The notes beneath the pieces were generated by a model. The model ran no database searches, was not told where the DNA came from, and was given only the letters and a program-made list of their open reading frames with translations. From the NCBI GenBank assembly GCA_963770835.1, contig CAVYRH010000008.1, forward strand, positions 160,001 through 224,000: 64,000 bases of DNA. Reading direction: 5' to 3'. Both the position numbers and the translations under genes were made by a program. Positions within the stretch are counted from its first letter, which is position 1, and each line of letters begins with the position of its first letter. Shown piece after piece: positions 9,831 to 18,567 of the stretch. The DNA is from an uncultured Pseudomonadota bacterium (GTDB taxonomy: Bacteria; Oederibacteriota; Muellerivitia; Muellerivitales; Muellerivitaceae).

Positions 9831-11891
9831 TTACGGGGTCGTGCAACTCGTTCCAACACTCACGCCCTGGGAAAGCGCCACGTTGGAGTTGGACACGTAA
9901 ACCGTGTAGAAGCTCGAGGGGGTGCAGGTCCCCCCGTCGCCGGTGCCGTCGTAATAGTTTTGGTATTCCCCGGCCGGGACCGAAATATTGTTCCCGCCGC
10001 TGTAGCTGGCCCCTCCCGCGCTGTCGTAAAAGGCCCCGATATAGTAGTCGCCGGGCCAAAGGCCGCCGAGACTGTAGGTGCCGTAGTAACTGGTGCCGTT
10101 GTTGGGCAGGCTGGTGATCTGGGTGACGGCCCCGGACCAGACAGAGGAAAAGGGATCGGAGGGGTTCGTAAAGGCGAAGACGTAAAGGGGCGTGCCGGCG
10201 GCCGGTGCGCCGTCGCCCATGAGCAGGGACACGGGCCCCGAGACGCCGTACTGCGCGTAGTAACAGCTGTCGCCAAAGGCCAGGGCGGGCCCGGTGGTGT
10301 TGCCGTTCACGTAAACCGGCGCCAGGCTGGACCTGAGGTCGCAGCCGCTGTTGGCGGCCCCGTAGGCGGTGTAATAGTCCCCGTTGGGAGGCTGCGTATT
10401 AGGCTCACCTGGGTACCAGCCTCCACCGCCCGCGTTGTAAATGGCGGCCAGGTAATAGGTTCCCGTGGTGACGGGAAAACTATAGGATCCGCTGGAGCTG
10501 GTGAGGGTCACCGAAGCCAGGGGGGCCGAATTATTGCCGGGCCCGATGTTGGGCGTGTTGAACAAAAGGACGTAAAGGGGATAGGTGGAATTGACCGTTC
10601 CCCCGCCCGTGTAGTTGACGGTGCCCGAAAGGGTGAGGGCCTGGCTGAACTTGCAGGAGTCTGCGAAGGTGAGGGCCGGCCCGGCGGTGGTGCCGTTCAC
10701 GAGGACGGCGGTGGGATCCAAATCGCAGCCGCCGTTGCCGCCCCCGTAGGCAAAATAGGAATCCCCATTGGGAGGAGCGCTCCCGCCCGGCCCGCCCCAG
10801 CCGCCGACCGAGTCGTAAATGGCGACCAGGTAATAGGGCCCGGTGGTCACCGGGCCGCTGGACAGGGTATTGAAGGAGTAAGTACCGGTGGCGGTCGTGA
10901 ACGAAGTATAGGTGAGGGGCATGCCGCCCTCGACTTGGGACGTGTTAAACAGCATCACCCAAACCTTGTTGTTGGTCCCCACCGTTCCGCTTCCGTTATA
11001 AGTCACCGCCCCCGAAAGGCTGCCGTTGGCGTAATAGGCGCAGCTGTTGCCGAAGGTCAGGGAGGGCCCGGTAGTGGCCCCGCTGACGAAAACGGGCGTG
11101 GTGGAAACCAGGCTGCAGCCGCCGGTGCCCCCGCCGTAGACGTCGTAATAGCCGTTGATGGGCACGTAATGGGTGGCGACGCCCGTGTTATAAACCGCCA
11201 CCAAATAATAGTTGCCGGTAGTGAGGCCGGTAAAATTGTAGGTGCCGAGGGTGGCGGACATGGAAACGGAAGTCACGGGGCTTCCCTCCAGGATGTCGGG
11301 GTTGGTGAAGAGGATCACGCTCAGGGGGCCGGCCACGGTGCCCCCGTTATAGGTGACGGTGCCCGACAGGCTGTTGGTGGCGGAGAAGCCGCAGCCGTTG
11401 CCGAAGGCCAGGGTAGGCCCGATGGTATTGCCGGAAACCGTCACCCCCAGGGAGGCATTGAGGGTGCAGCCGTTGGAGCCGCCCCCATAGATATAGTAGT
11501 AATCGCCCGTGGGCGGCGCGTTGCCGCTGAAGGGGCTCCAGGTGCCGGTGGCGTCGTAAACGGCGCCCATGTAATAAGTGCCGGGGGCGACCGACGTGAA
11601 GTTATAGGTTCCGTCGGCGGACAACAAGGTGACCGCCGAATAGGAGCTGCCCTGGAAGAGGGCGTTGTTGGACAGGAACACGTAGATGGGCTTCAGGTTG
11701 TCCACGGGGCCCCCGCCGGTGTAACTCACGGCGCCGGAGACGGTATAAGTGGCGCCGTAATAGGGGACGGGCGTGGCCGTGGGCGAGATGTTTTGCGGGG
11801 TAGTGGGGCTCTTGGAGCCGCAGGCGGTGATCCCGGCGGACCCAAGGGCGATGAGGACTGGAAACAGCAAAAGGTAATAACGGAATTTCAT
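9831..11891 (-). CDS. Lipoprotein with five tandem beta-sandwich repeats, two Cys each
   Basis: Lipobox ITAC; repeats SG.V.Y.G..V.LF..GTY.F..G.YY..A.YD..C..GP.L.F..C. Confidence 0.85.
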   Translation of the reverse strand: MKFRYYLLLFPVLIALGSAGITACGSKSPTTPQNISPTATPVPYYGATYTVSGAVSYTGGGPVDNLKPIYVFLSNNALFQGSSYSAVTLLSADGTYNFTSVAPGTYYMGAVYDATGTWSPFSGNAPPTGDYYYIYGGGSNGCTLNASLGVTVSGNTIGPTLAFGNGCGFSATNSLSGTVTYNGGTVAGPLSVILFTNPDILEGSPVTSVSMSATLGTYNFTGLTTGNYYLVAVYNTGVATHYVPINGYYDVYGGGTGGCSLVSTTPVFVSGATTGPSLTFGNSCAYYANGSLSGAVTYNGSGTVGTNNKVWVMLFNTSQVEGGMPLTYTSFTTATGTYSFNTLSSGPVTTGPYYLVAIYDSVGGWGGPGGSAPPNGDSYFAYGGGNGGCDLDPTAVLVNGTTAGPALTFADSCKFSQALTLSGTVNYTGGGTVNSTYPLYVLLFNTPNIGPGNNSAPLASVTLTSSSGSYSFPVTTGTYYLAAIYNAGGGGWYPGEPNTQPPNGDYYTAYGAANSGCDLRSSLAPVYVNGNTTGPALAFGDSCYYAQYGVSGPVSLLMGDGAPAAGTPLYVFAFTNPSDPFSSVWSGAVTQITSLPNNGTSYYGTYSLGGLWPGDYYIGAFYDSAGGASYSGGNNISVPAGEYQNYYDGTGDGGTCTPSSFYTVYVSNSNVALSQGVSVGTSCTTP

Positions 11892-12143
11892 AAACGGCCT
11901 CCCCAGGGCGCCTTCTTAAGGGTTTCCCGGCGCCTCTCTTTGCCAGCGATATTACCCTTGGAGGGAATGGGGAGCAAAGAGGTTTTAGGAGAGGGCAAAC
12001 CCCTCGTTTACCCCAGGCGGAGAAGCCCAATCGTTTATGGGGGAAGCGGCTCAGCGGAAGGGTAAAACTTCCCGGCCTCGGAGGAGATTTAACAATTCCA
12101 TTACAAAAGCTTCCCTCAATCGATGGGCGAGATTCTTAGGAAT

Positions 12144-12299
12144 TTATTTTTTGCGGCGGTTGGCGGATCGGCGGTTTCCCTTGCGCGAATCGTCCTTGCG
12201 GATGCCGATCAACCGGCCCGGGAAACGCCGGTCGCCCGGCTTTCGGCGCTCGGATTTTCTTTTGCTGACGGCGGGGATCGTTTTTTTCATTTTAGGCAT
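12144..12299 (-). CDS. Small Arg-rich protein (ERRxxxDRR motifs), not in the ORF track
   Basis: Manual translation MPKMKKTIPAVSKRKSERRKPGDRRFPGRLIGIRKDDSRKGNRRSANRRKK. Confidence 0.5.
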   Translation of the reverse strand: MPKMKKTIPAVSKRKSERRKPGDRRFPGRLIGIRKDDSRKGNRRSANRRKK

Positions 12300-12324
12300 T
12301 TTTCGCTTTCACTATTCATTAAAT

Positions 12325-12510
12325 TTACTTTGATATGGATCCAGGTTTATCGGAAAGCTCCGGCCTGTACTTTTTCCGATTCCACCCAATCACGCATTCC
12401 ATCATGGTGGGGGCATCCCCGGTGCCGCCGGTGTAACAAGCCGACATTTCCAGGTATCGCCTCGAGGCTTCCTTTCCCCATTTTCCAGCCGTTGCTTTAG
12501 TCTTGGCCAT
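12325..12510 (-). CDS. Small hypothetical protein
   Basis: AGGAG RBS upstream of ATG; co-oriented with neighbours. Confidence 0.5.
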   Translation of the reverse strand: MAKTKATAGKWGKEASRRYLEMSACYTGGTGDAPTMMECVIGWNRKKYRPELSDKPGSISK

Positions 12511-12573
12511 AAAACTTCTCCTTGGTTGGTTGATTCAATCGGCTTTGCAAGTGGGCGGGTCGGGAGGAATGGT

Positions 12574-13010
12574 TCATTTCACGTGAACGTAGAGGAGTTC
12601 GTCCTGATCCATGGTTTGGGAGTTGGCGAACGGGTCGATAAATTTTATTCCTTTAATTATGGCCATTCTTCCCTGGTCGGCGCCGGCGGGGTTTAAATCA
12701 ACCCCATCCGTAGTGGCGCTCTCAACAACGATCGCGTCGCAGCCGGCTTGGCGGGCCTGGGGTTTGCACAAATACACGGACGAAACCGCGGACCGCGCGG
12801 GATGTTGCGTGCTTCCGCCGTAGGAGAATAGGCAAACCTCAATGTAGGAATGCGGTATCGATTCCTCGCCGACGTAAACCTTCATGTCGTAATCGGGCGG
12901 TTGGGGGGGTAATCGTGGTGTCCAAGCCGGATAAGGCTCGGTGGAACGCAGCCCGCCAAACCTAAAACCAGGATGAAAGCAAAAATACCGGCCCATTTTT
13001 TTCTTTTCAC
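12574..13010 (-). CDS. Lipoprotein, frameshifted at a G7 run (12903-12909)
   Basis: Signal peptide KRKKWAGIFAFILVLGLAGC in one frame and PPDYDMKVY..ARQAGCDAIVV in another; one extra C restores a single ORF. Confidence 0.65.
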
Positions 13011-13224
13011 GGCTTCCCCCATCCCCCGCTTCAAGATCCCCCACTCACCTTCATTTAAAGCAAGTTTTATTCCCCTCCGGCCGCAAGGGAGGATCGTTCC
13101 AGCCCGTCCATATCGTTTAAACAGGCCGGTTATTTTCCCGCTTTTATTTTTTGCGGACCGCCCAAAGGAGCCGCCGATCAAAACGATACCGCAAAACTCT
13201 CATTTTGATGCTTTCCACGGGCGG

Positions 13225-13497
13225 CTAAACGGGGCTTCCCACCGCCAATTCCAGCAGGGCCACCACCGCCTTATCCGCGTCCTCGCCTTCGGCGGTAATT
13301 TCCAGCCGTTTGCCCTTGGCGCGAAGCAGCCCGATCATCTCGACGAGACTTTTGGGGTCTACCTCGGTTTTTCCTTTTCGGATGCTGATCCTGGATTTGA
13401 ATTGATGGGCCGCCAGGCTGATTTCCATCAAGGTATGCGCTTGAAAGGCAGAAGCTTGGGGACGGCTGTATTTGAGTACCATTGGAATGACCTCCAT
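13225..13497 (-). CDS. HPr-family phosphocarrier-like protein (Crh-like, His15 replaced by Gln)
   Basis: FKSRISI..VDPKSL..LEITAEGEDA HPr motifs; AFQAHT where HPr has GLHARP. Confidence 0.8.
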   Translation of the reverse strand: MEVIPMVLKYSRPQASAFQAHTLMEISLAAHQFKSRISIRKGKTEVDPKSLVEMIGLLRAKGKRLEITAEGEDADKAVVALLELAVGSPV

Positions 13498-13570
13498 GAG
13501 AAACGGTTGAAGGGGTGAACGATCGATTCGGGAAAGATGATTGGAACAAGGGGGAAAGAGGTGAAAAAGC

Positions 13571-13936
13571 TCAAATTCTCAAGAAAAAGGGATAGGGGGA
13601 ATGATTCGATTTCGAGAGGAGGGGCGGCGAATCCATTTCCATTCCAGCCGCTACCCGCGACGGATCCTTGGCTGGGCTTGCTTTTGAATGGGAATCCAAG
13701 GGTTTCTGGGATTTCGAATCGCTTTCGCGGGTCTGGGATTCCAGCTGGCGGGCCAAGCCGCAGGAATGGTGCGGGGCCGGGCAGGGTTGGAGGGTGGCCT
13801 TCACGGGAAAAGCCGGGTGTTCCTTGATGCCCAGGCTGAGCAAGGGGCGAAGGACAAAGGGGGTCAACACGGCCGCTACCAGGCCGATCAATGAAGCTTT
13901 CCTCAACCACCCCACGAGTCCCAGCACAGGAACCAC
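13571..13936 (-). CDS. Possible hypothetical membrane-anchored protein
   Basis: Hydrophobic N-terminus, co-oriented; no recognisable motif. Confidence 0.3.
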   Translation of the reverse strand: MVPVLGLVGWLRKASLIGLVAAVLTPFVLRPLLSLGIKEHPAFPVKATLQPCPAPHHSCGLARQLESQTRESDSKSQKPLDSHSKASPAKDPSRVAAGMEMDSPPLLSKSNHSPYPFFLRI

Positions 13937-14078
13937 CCGTCTTAAAAAAGGAGGGCGGAAAAAAGGCCGCCGGGCCCCATGGGCCGGTGGATGCCTTTCA
14001 TTCCCTCTCCATGGTTCAGACGCGCGCCGGGCTGAAAGGTTTCGGCCTTAACACGGTGATGGGATGGGGACGGGGAAA

Positions 14079-14423
14079 TTATTTGGCCAGGAGGGTTGCT
14101 TTTTCTTCCCCGGGTTGTTGGACGGCCTGTAGGATCTCGCGATTGAGGTTCATGGCGGCTTCGCCCATGACCCTTTCCAAAACTTCGTAGCCCACGATGC
14201 CGACCTTGGATTTTTGCAGGTTCTTGACGAAATTCTCGGCGTGCCTCAGGTTCTCGGCGCTCCAGGGCCCGCAGTAATGCGAGGCTTTCCGGCTCCAGTC
14301 CTCGAAAAACTTCGCCCATTCCATCACTTCATCGTTGGTCGCGCCCCTGCTCATGTCGAAATGAATGCGCAGGGTATGAAGCGACTGGTCCAGGCCCAGG
14401 TAAAAAGAGTTCGAGGTATTCAT
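14079..14423 (-). CDS. Hypothetical protein, paralogue of 14705-15049
   Basis: About 80% identical over the first ~100 aa; GGAG RBS; own sigma54 promoter. Confidence 0.85.
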   Translation of the reverse strand: MNTSNSFYLGLDQSLHTLRIHFDMSRGATNDEVMEWAKFFEDWSRKASHYCGPWSAENLRHAENFVKNLQKSKVGIVGYEVLERVMGEAAMNLNREILQAVQQPGEEKATLLAK

Positions 14424-14508
14424 AGTTTCACGGCTCCTAAAATTTTAAATTCCAATTAGGCCCTGGGGGTTCGGGGGAAAAAGGCCCGGAAGACTATTCT
14501 TTTAAAAA

Positions 14509-14523
14509 GCATATCGAGTGCCA
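14509..14523 (-). promoter_or_regulatory. sigma54 -24/-12 promoter with tandem enhancer at 14574-14607
   Basis: TGGCAC-TCGAT-ATGC on the - strand. Confidence 0.7.
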
Positions 14524-14704
14524 AAGGAAAACCTGGAAAAGCGGCTTTTGGGGAGGGCACGACGGCGGGAAACTGGGAAAATATTACGCACTTCCCATTT
14601 TTGGGTAAAGTTTTCTAACCGCGAAACCGAAACACGATGGCCCATAGGGTTAGGGACTGGGTTTGGAGGCTTTTGGGAGGGCCGCCATTGCCAGGCCCCA
14701 TCTT

Positions 14705-15049
14705 TCAAGCTTTAACGGATTGTTTGATCCCGCCGTCGTCGCGGACGGCCTTCAGGATCTCGCTATTGAGGTTCATGGCGGCCTCCCCCATGACCCTTTC
14801 CAGGACCTCATAGCCCATGATGCCGACCTTGGATTTTTCCAGGTTCTTCACGAAGTTCTCGGCGTGCCTCAGGTTCTCGATGCTCCAGGGCCCGCAATAA
14901 TGCAAGGCCTTCCTGCTCCAATCCTGGTAAAACTTCGCCCATTCCACCACTTCATAATTGCTCGCCCCCCGGCTCATATCGAAATGGACGCGCAACCGGT
15001 GAAGCGCCTCCTCCAGGTCCAGGTAAAAAGCGTTTGAATGATTCGCCAT
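14705..15049 (-). CDS. Hypothetical protein directly after cheB
   Basis: GGAG RBS; paralogue of 14079-14423. Confidence 0.85.
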   Translation of the reverse strand: MANHSNAFYLDLEEALHRLRVHFDMSRGASNYEVVEWAKFYQDWSRKALHYCGPWSIENLRHAENFVKNLEKSKVGIMGYEVLERVMGEAAMNLNSEILKAVRDDGGIKQSVKA

Positions 15050-15059
15050 CGGAGTTCTC

Positions 15060-16136
15060 CTATCTTTTCTCTTTCACTGCCATAGCCGGCGTCATCAAGG
15101 CGTTTATTTTGGATTGGATGGCTTCAGCCATCCGGTTCAAGGGGACAATTTCCTGGGCCGCCCCTTGGGCCACCGCTTCTTTCGGCATGCCGTAAACCAA
15201 GCAGGATTCCTCATCCTGGGCCAGGGTGGCGGCGCCCGCCCGGCGCATGGCTAGCAAGCCCTCGGCCCCGTCCTTTCCCATCCCGGTGAGGATCACCCCC
15301 ACGGCATTAGGACCGGCGGCTTGCGCCACGGAATGGAAAAGCACGTCCACGCTGGGCCGTACGTGGTGCACGGGGGGCCCCTGCCGGCATTCCACCCGGT
15401 ACTTGGCCCCCGTTCTCCTTAACAGGAGATGTTGGTTCCCCGGGGCCAGGAGCACGGTGCCGTCCTTGACCTCGTCCCCGCTTTGGGCTTCCCGCACCCT
15501 CAAGGCGCAGGTTTTGTCCAGGCGCTCGGCGAAGGTCCTGGTGAAATAGGGGGGCATGTGCTGGACCACCAGGATTCCCGGATGGTCCGCGGGGAGGGCC
15601 TCCAGCAGTTCCGCCAGGGCCTGGGTGCCGCCCGTGGAGGCGCCGACAGCCACCACCTTGTCGCTGGTGATTTCAATTGCGCGTCGTTTTTTCGCGGAAG
15701 CCGCCTGGGGGCCTTTCCCAAATCTCCGGCGGGGGCGCGCCTTTGCCCCGGCCTTGAGGCTTTCCACCAGCTGGCGCAGGGTGTTTTCCTCCAGTCCCGC
15801 CGCCATGCCGCTTCCCGGCTTGCCGATCACGTCCACCGCGCCGGCATCCAGCGCCCTCAAGGCCAATTCACTCCGGGCCTCGGTGAGGCTGGAAAGTACC
15901 ACCACCGGCATGGGGTAATGGGCCATCAGGCGGTCCAAAAAGGTAAGCCCGTCCATGCGGGGCATCTCCAGGTCCAGGGTCAGCACGTCCGGCTTTTTCA
16001 GGAGGATCAAGTCCCGCGCCACGTAGGGATCGGCGGCCACTCCCACCACTTCCAAGCCGGCTTCCGTCAGCCGCTGGGAGAGGACGGAACGCACCACGGC
16101 CGAATCGTCCACGATGAGGACCCGGACGCGGTTCAA
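15060..16136 (-). CDS. cheB: Chemotaxis methylesterase CheB
   Basis: REC domain plus GASTGG, VQHMP and ILTGMGKDGA. Confidence 0.97.
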   Translation of the reverse strand: MNRVRVLIVDDSAVVRSVLSQRLTEAGLEVVGVAADPYVARDLILLKKPDVLTLDLEMPRMDGLTFLDRLMAHYPMPVVVLSSLTEARSELALRALDAGAVDVIGKPGSGMAAGLEENTLRQLVESLKAGAKARPRRRFGKGPQAASAKKRRAIEITSDKVVAVGASTGGTQALAELLEALPADHPGILVVQHMPPYFTRTFAERLDKTCALRVREAQSGDEVKDGTVLLAPGNQHLLLRRTGAKYRVECRQGPPVHHVRPSVDVLFHSVAQAAGPNAVGVILTGMGKDGAEGLLAMRRAGAATLAQDEESCLVYGMPKEAVAQGAAQEIVPLNRMAEAIQSKINALMTPAMAVKEKR

Positions 16137-16516
16137 TTGGCCGCGCCTAACGCTCTTTCGATTACCTGCCGCAGGAGGGAGGCCTCAAAGGGCTTTTGCA
16201 CGATCTCCTTCACGCCCTTTTGGGCCAAGTGCTCCAAAACCGCCTTGTCCCCCTCCGAGCTCACGACCACCACAGGCAGGGCGGAAAGCATCGGGTCGTT
16301 TTTCATTTCCTCGATCATTTCCTGGCCCGTCATGTCGGGCATGTTCAGGTCCGCCAGCACCAGGTCCACCCAGTTGCCGCGCATCTTCTCCAGCCCCTCC
16401 CTTCCGTTGGCCGCCTCCCAGATTTCCCCCAGGGGCAGCTGGGTCATGCCCAGGACCTTCTTCACCATGCCGCGCATGGTGCTGGAATCATCCACCACCA
16501 AAATATTGAACGCCAT
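16133..16516 (-). CDS. cheY: CheY-like single-domain response regulator
   Basis: VVDDS, ADLNMP and KPF motifs; inside the che cluster. Confidence 0.88.
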   Translation of the reverse strand: MAFNILVVDDSSTMRGMVKKVLGMTQLPLGEIWEAANGREGLEKMRGNWVDLVLADLNMPDMTGQEMIEEMKNDPMLSALPVVVVSSEGDKAVLEHLAQKGVKEIVQKPFEASLLRQVIERALGAAN

Positions 16517-16529
16517 TCTTCCCTCCTAA

Positions 16530-16642
16530 AAATGAGTTTGAAGTGCGAAGTTCATGGTTCGAAGTTTCAGTAGGTTTTTGTTTGGCGATTCCAAACAAAA
16601 ACTTCATTCACTTTGAACTGTAGACTGCGAACTTCGAACTGC
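16530..16642. repeat. Inverted heptamer-repeat intergenic element
   Basis: GAAGTGC GAAGTTC..GTTCGAAGTT versus GAACTGT AGACTGC GAACTTC GAACTGC. Confidence 0.65.
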
Positions 16643-16644
16643 CA

Positions 16645-17145
16645 TTAAAGTTCATGTTCTCCTTCAGCGTCCTTCACCAGGGTCCTTCCGTCCTCCATGC
16701 GCAGGCGCAAGGTCCGGCTGGCCGTGCCCCCCGTTTCCTCGGCCAGGACCGGCAGGCTGTTTTTCCACAACAGCTTCTTGGCCATCAAAAGATTCCGCCT
16801 TCCGATGTCGAAAAATTCCCCGTCTTTTAGCACTTTGGATCCGCCCGCCAGCTTCACTTGGAGGGACTTCCGGGTCGCCCCCAAGGCGAAAATCTCGTTC
16901 AAGAAAAGCGCCAGCCCCGTATCGCCGAAGGTGGCGGGCTGTGCCTGGGCTTTTTCCGGGTTGATCCGGGAATCCGGGAGCATGAAGTGCAGCAGGCCGC
17001 CGACCCGGGCTTGCGGGTCGTAAGCCGCCACCCCCAGGCAGGACCCCAGGCTGTAGGTCACCAGGACCTCCTGGGGCCTGGTGCTGGTTTTGCAGTCCCC
17101 CACTCCCACGACCACCGTCAGTTGGCCCGTCTGGACTCTCTCCAT
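16645..17145 (-). CDS. cheD: Chemoreceptor glutamine deamidase CheD
   Basis: TYSLGSCLGV, GLLHFMLP, KLAGG and IGRRN motifs. Confidence 0.96.
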   Translation of the reverse strand: MERVQTGQLTVVVGVGDCKTSTRPQEVLVTYSLGSCLGVAAYDPQARVGGLLHFMLPDSRINPEKAQAQPATFGDTGLALFLNEIFALGATRKSLQVKLAGGSKVLKDGEFFDIGRRNLLMAKKLLWKNSLPVLAEETGGTASRTLRLRMEDGRTLVKDAEGEHEL

Positions 17146-17170
17146 TTTCGATTCCTTTAAAACCTTTTCT

Positions 17171-17358
17171 CACCGCCAAGACGCCATGCCGACCTTCATA
17201 TAAGACTTTAAAGAGGTCGGTATAGTACCGATTTCATTAACTCCCTTATGGAAAATCGGCACAAGACGCCAAGGAAGGCAAAACAAAACCTTGGGTTTTA
17301 AAACAATTTCCGGGCACTCATCTTTCGCTGTTCTTGGTGCCCTTGGTGCCTTGGTGGT
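17171..17358. repeat. CACCAAG/CTTGGTG REP-like element with a nested 75-bp insert
   Basis: CGCCAAGACGCCAAG..CTTGGTGCCCTTGGTGCCTTGGTGG; sister copy at 19435-19547. Confidence 0.7.
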
Positions 17359-17706
17359 TCAATCGCCTTTTTCGGCGGGGCTGCCGCCCTCGATGATGGC
17401 GCGCACCCTCTCGGAGAAAAACTCCTGCTTGAAACGGATATGGGCCGCCAAAACCTTGGCGAAGCGGGCCACGCCCTCATTGCCATTCGCCCAAACCAAT
17501 TCTTCCAACAACCGGTGGTCGGTCAGGACCCGGCCGATGTAGCCGCGGCCGTAACCGGCGCCCTCGCCGTATTTTTGGAGGAATTCAGCCTCGGCGCTGA
17601 AGTGGGGCTTGATCTCCGAGGTCCACAGCCGCCAAAGTTCGGCGCCGAGGGATTCCCCGCCGTTTTGTTCCTGGATTTGTTCTTGTTGTCCGTTGCTCAT
17701 CGTCAT
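17359..17706 (-). CDS. Hemerythrin-like (HHE) protein, degenerate
   Basis: HFSAEAE, LTDH and AHIRFKQE; GAGGA RBS; this is the C-terminal part of track ORF 17359-18264. Confidence 0.7.
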   Translation of the reverse strand: MTMSNGQQEQIQEQNGGESLGAELWRLWTSEIKPHFSAEAEFLQKYGEGAGYGRGYIGRVLTDHRLLEELVWANGNEGVARFAKVLAAHIRFKQEFFSERVRAIIEGGSPAEKGD

Positions 17707-17711
17707 TCCTC

Positions 17712-18515
17712 TCATCTTTTTAATTTTCTCAGGGAGTTGGACTGGCAGTCCCAAAGGCGGTTGATGGCCGCCATGATTTCCTCCGGGCTGGCCGGTTTGG
17801 GCAGGAACTCCATGCAGGTGTCGTATTTGTACTCGGCCTTCAGGTCGGAGGCCTCGTTGGAGGAGAAAACCAGTACCGGTTTCTGCTTGAGCAGGTTGTT
17901 CTTCCGGATCATCTTCAGGAAGGTACGGCCGTCCATTCCGGGCATCTGCAAGTCGGTGATGATCAGGTCCACCTTCTTTTGGGCCATCTCGGAGATGGCG
18001 TTGCGTCCGTCCTCCGCCTCGCGGATCACGCAGCCGGGCAGCTCCCGTTCCAGGATCCGGCGCACGAAGTTGCGGATGGTTGTCGAGTCCTCGATCAAGA
18101 GGATGTGCCTTTCCTCCCCCGGGCGGGTCTCCGGATCGGCCTCGACCGTGACGGTGGGGCCCAGGGTTTCCAATTGTTTGAAGAATTCCCACCTTTTCTT
18201 TTTCGAAATCACCGCTTTCACGCAGGTTTGTTTCTGGAAGGCCTCGCTGTCCTCGGAGACCCAATCGGTCAGGAGGAAAACCGGCCTTTTGGAGGGCTCC
18301 AGAACCTGGAGGAGTTCATGCCCTTCCAAACCGGGAATGGCGAACTCGGTGACGACCAGGTCGGTTTGGCCCGCCCTCAGGACTTCCTTGATTTGGCTGG
18401 GCGTCCCTGCCTCCCTGACCTCGAATCCCAGGATTTCCAGGCGGAGCGTAACGTACTGCCGGAAAGTCGGGTCCGCGTCGATCACCAACGCTGTTTTGGG
18501 GCTAACGGTAACCAT
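17712..18515 (-). CDS. Tandem receiver-domain protein (pseudo-REC + REC)
   Basis: REC1 has LVVTEFAIPG (Asp to Glu); REC2 has IITDLQMPG and KP. Confidence 0.9.
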   Translation of the reverse strand: MVTVSPKTALVIDADPTFRQYVTLRLEILGFEVREAGTPSQIKEVLRAGQTDLVVTEFAIPGLEGHELLQVLEPSKRPVFLLTDWVSEDSEAFQKQTCVKAVISKKKRWEFFKQLETLGPTVTVEADPETRPGEERHILLIEDSTTIRNFVRRILERELPGCVIREAEDGRNAISEMAQKKVDLIITDLQMPGMDGRTFLKMIRKNNLLKQKPVLVFSSNEASDLKAEYKYDTCMEFLPKPASPEEIMAAINRLWDCQSNSLRKLKR

Positions 18516-18567
18516 ATTATTTCTCCTTCACTTCGCTTCTTTTCTCCGGACCCTTACGGGCCTGGGC

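Noticed and set aside
9756..12065. 769-aa + strand ORF
   Set aside because: Antisense shadow of the repeat lipoprotein in GC-rich DNA.
14079..15049. Paralogue pair as a DGR template/variable repeat
   Set aside because: Both are intact ORFs, the differences are not confined to adenines, and no reverse transcriptase is present.
17707..18264. N-terminal part of the 301-aa ORF 17359-18264
   Set aside because: It overlaps the dual-REC gene out of frame; the real start is 17706 or 17700.
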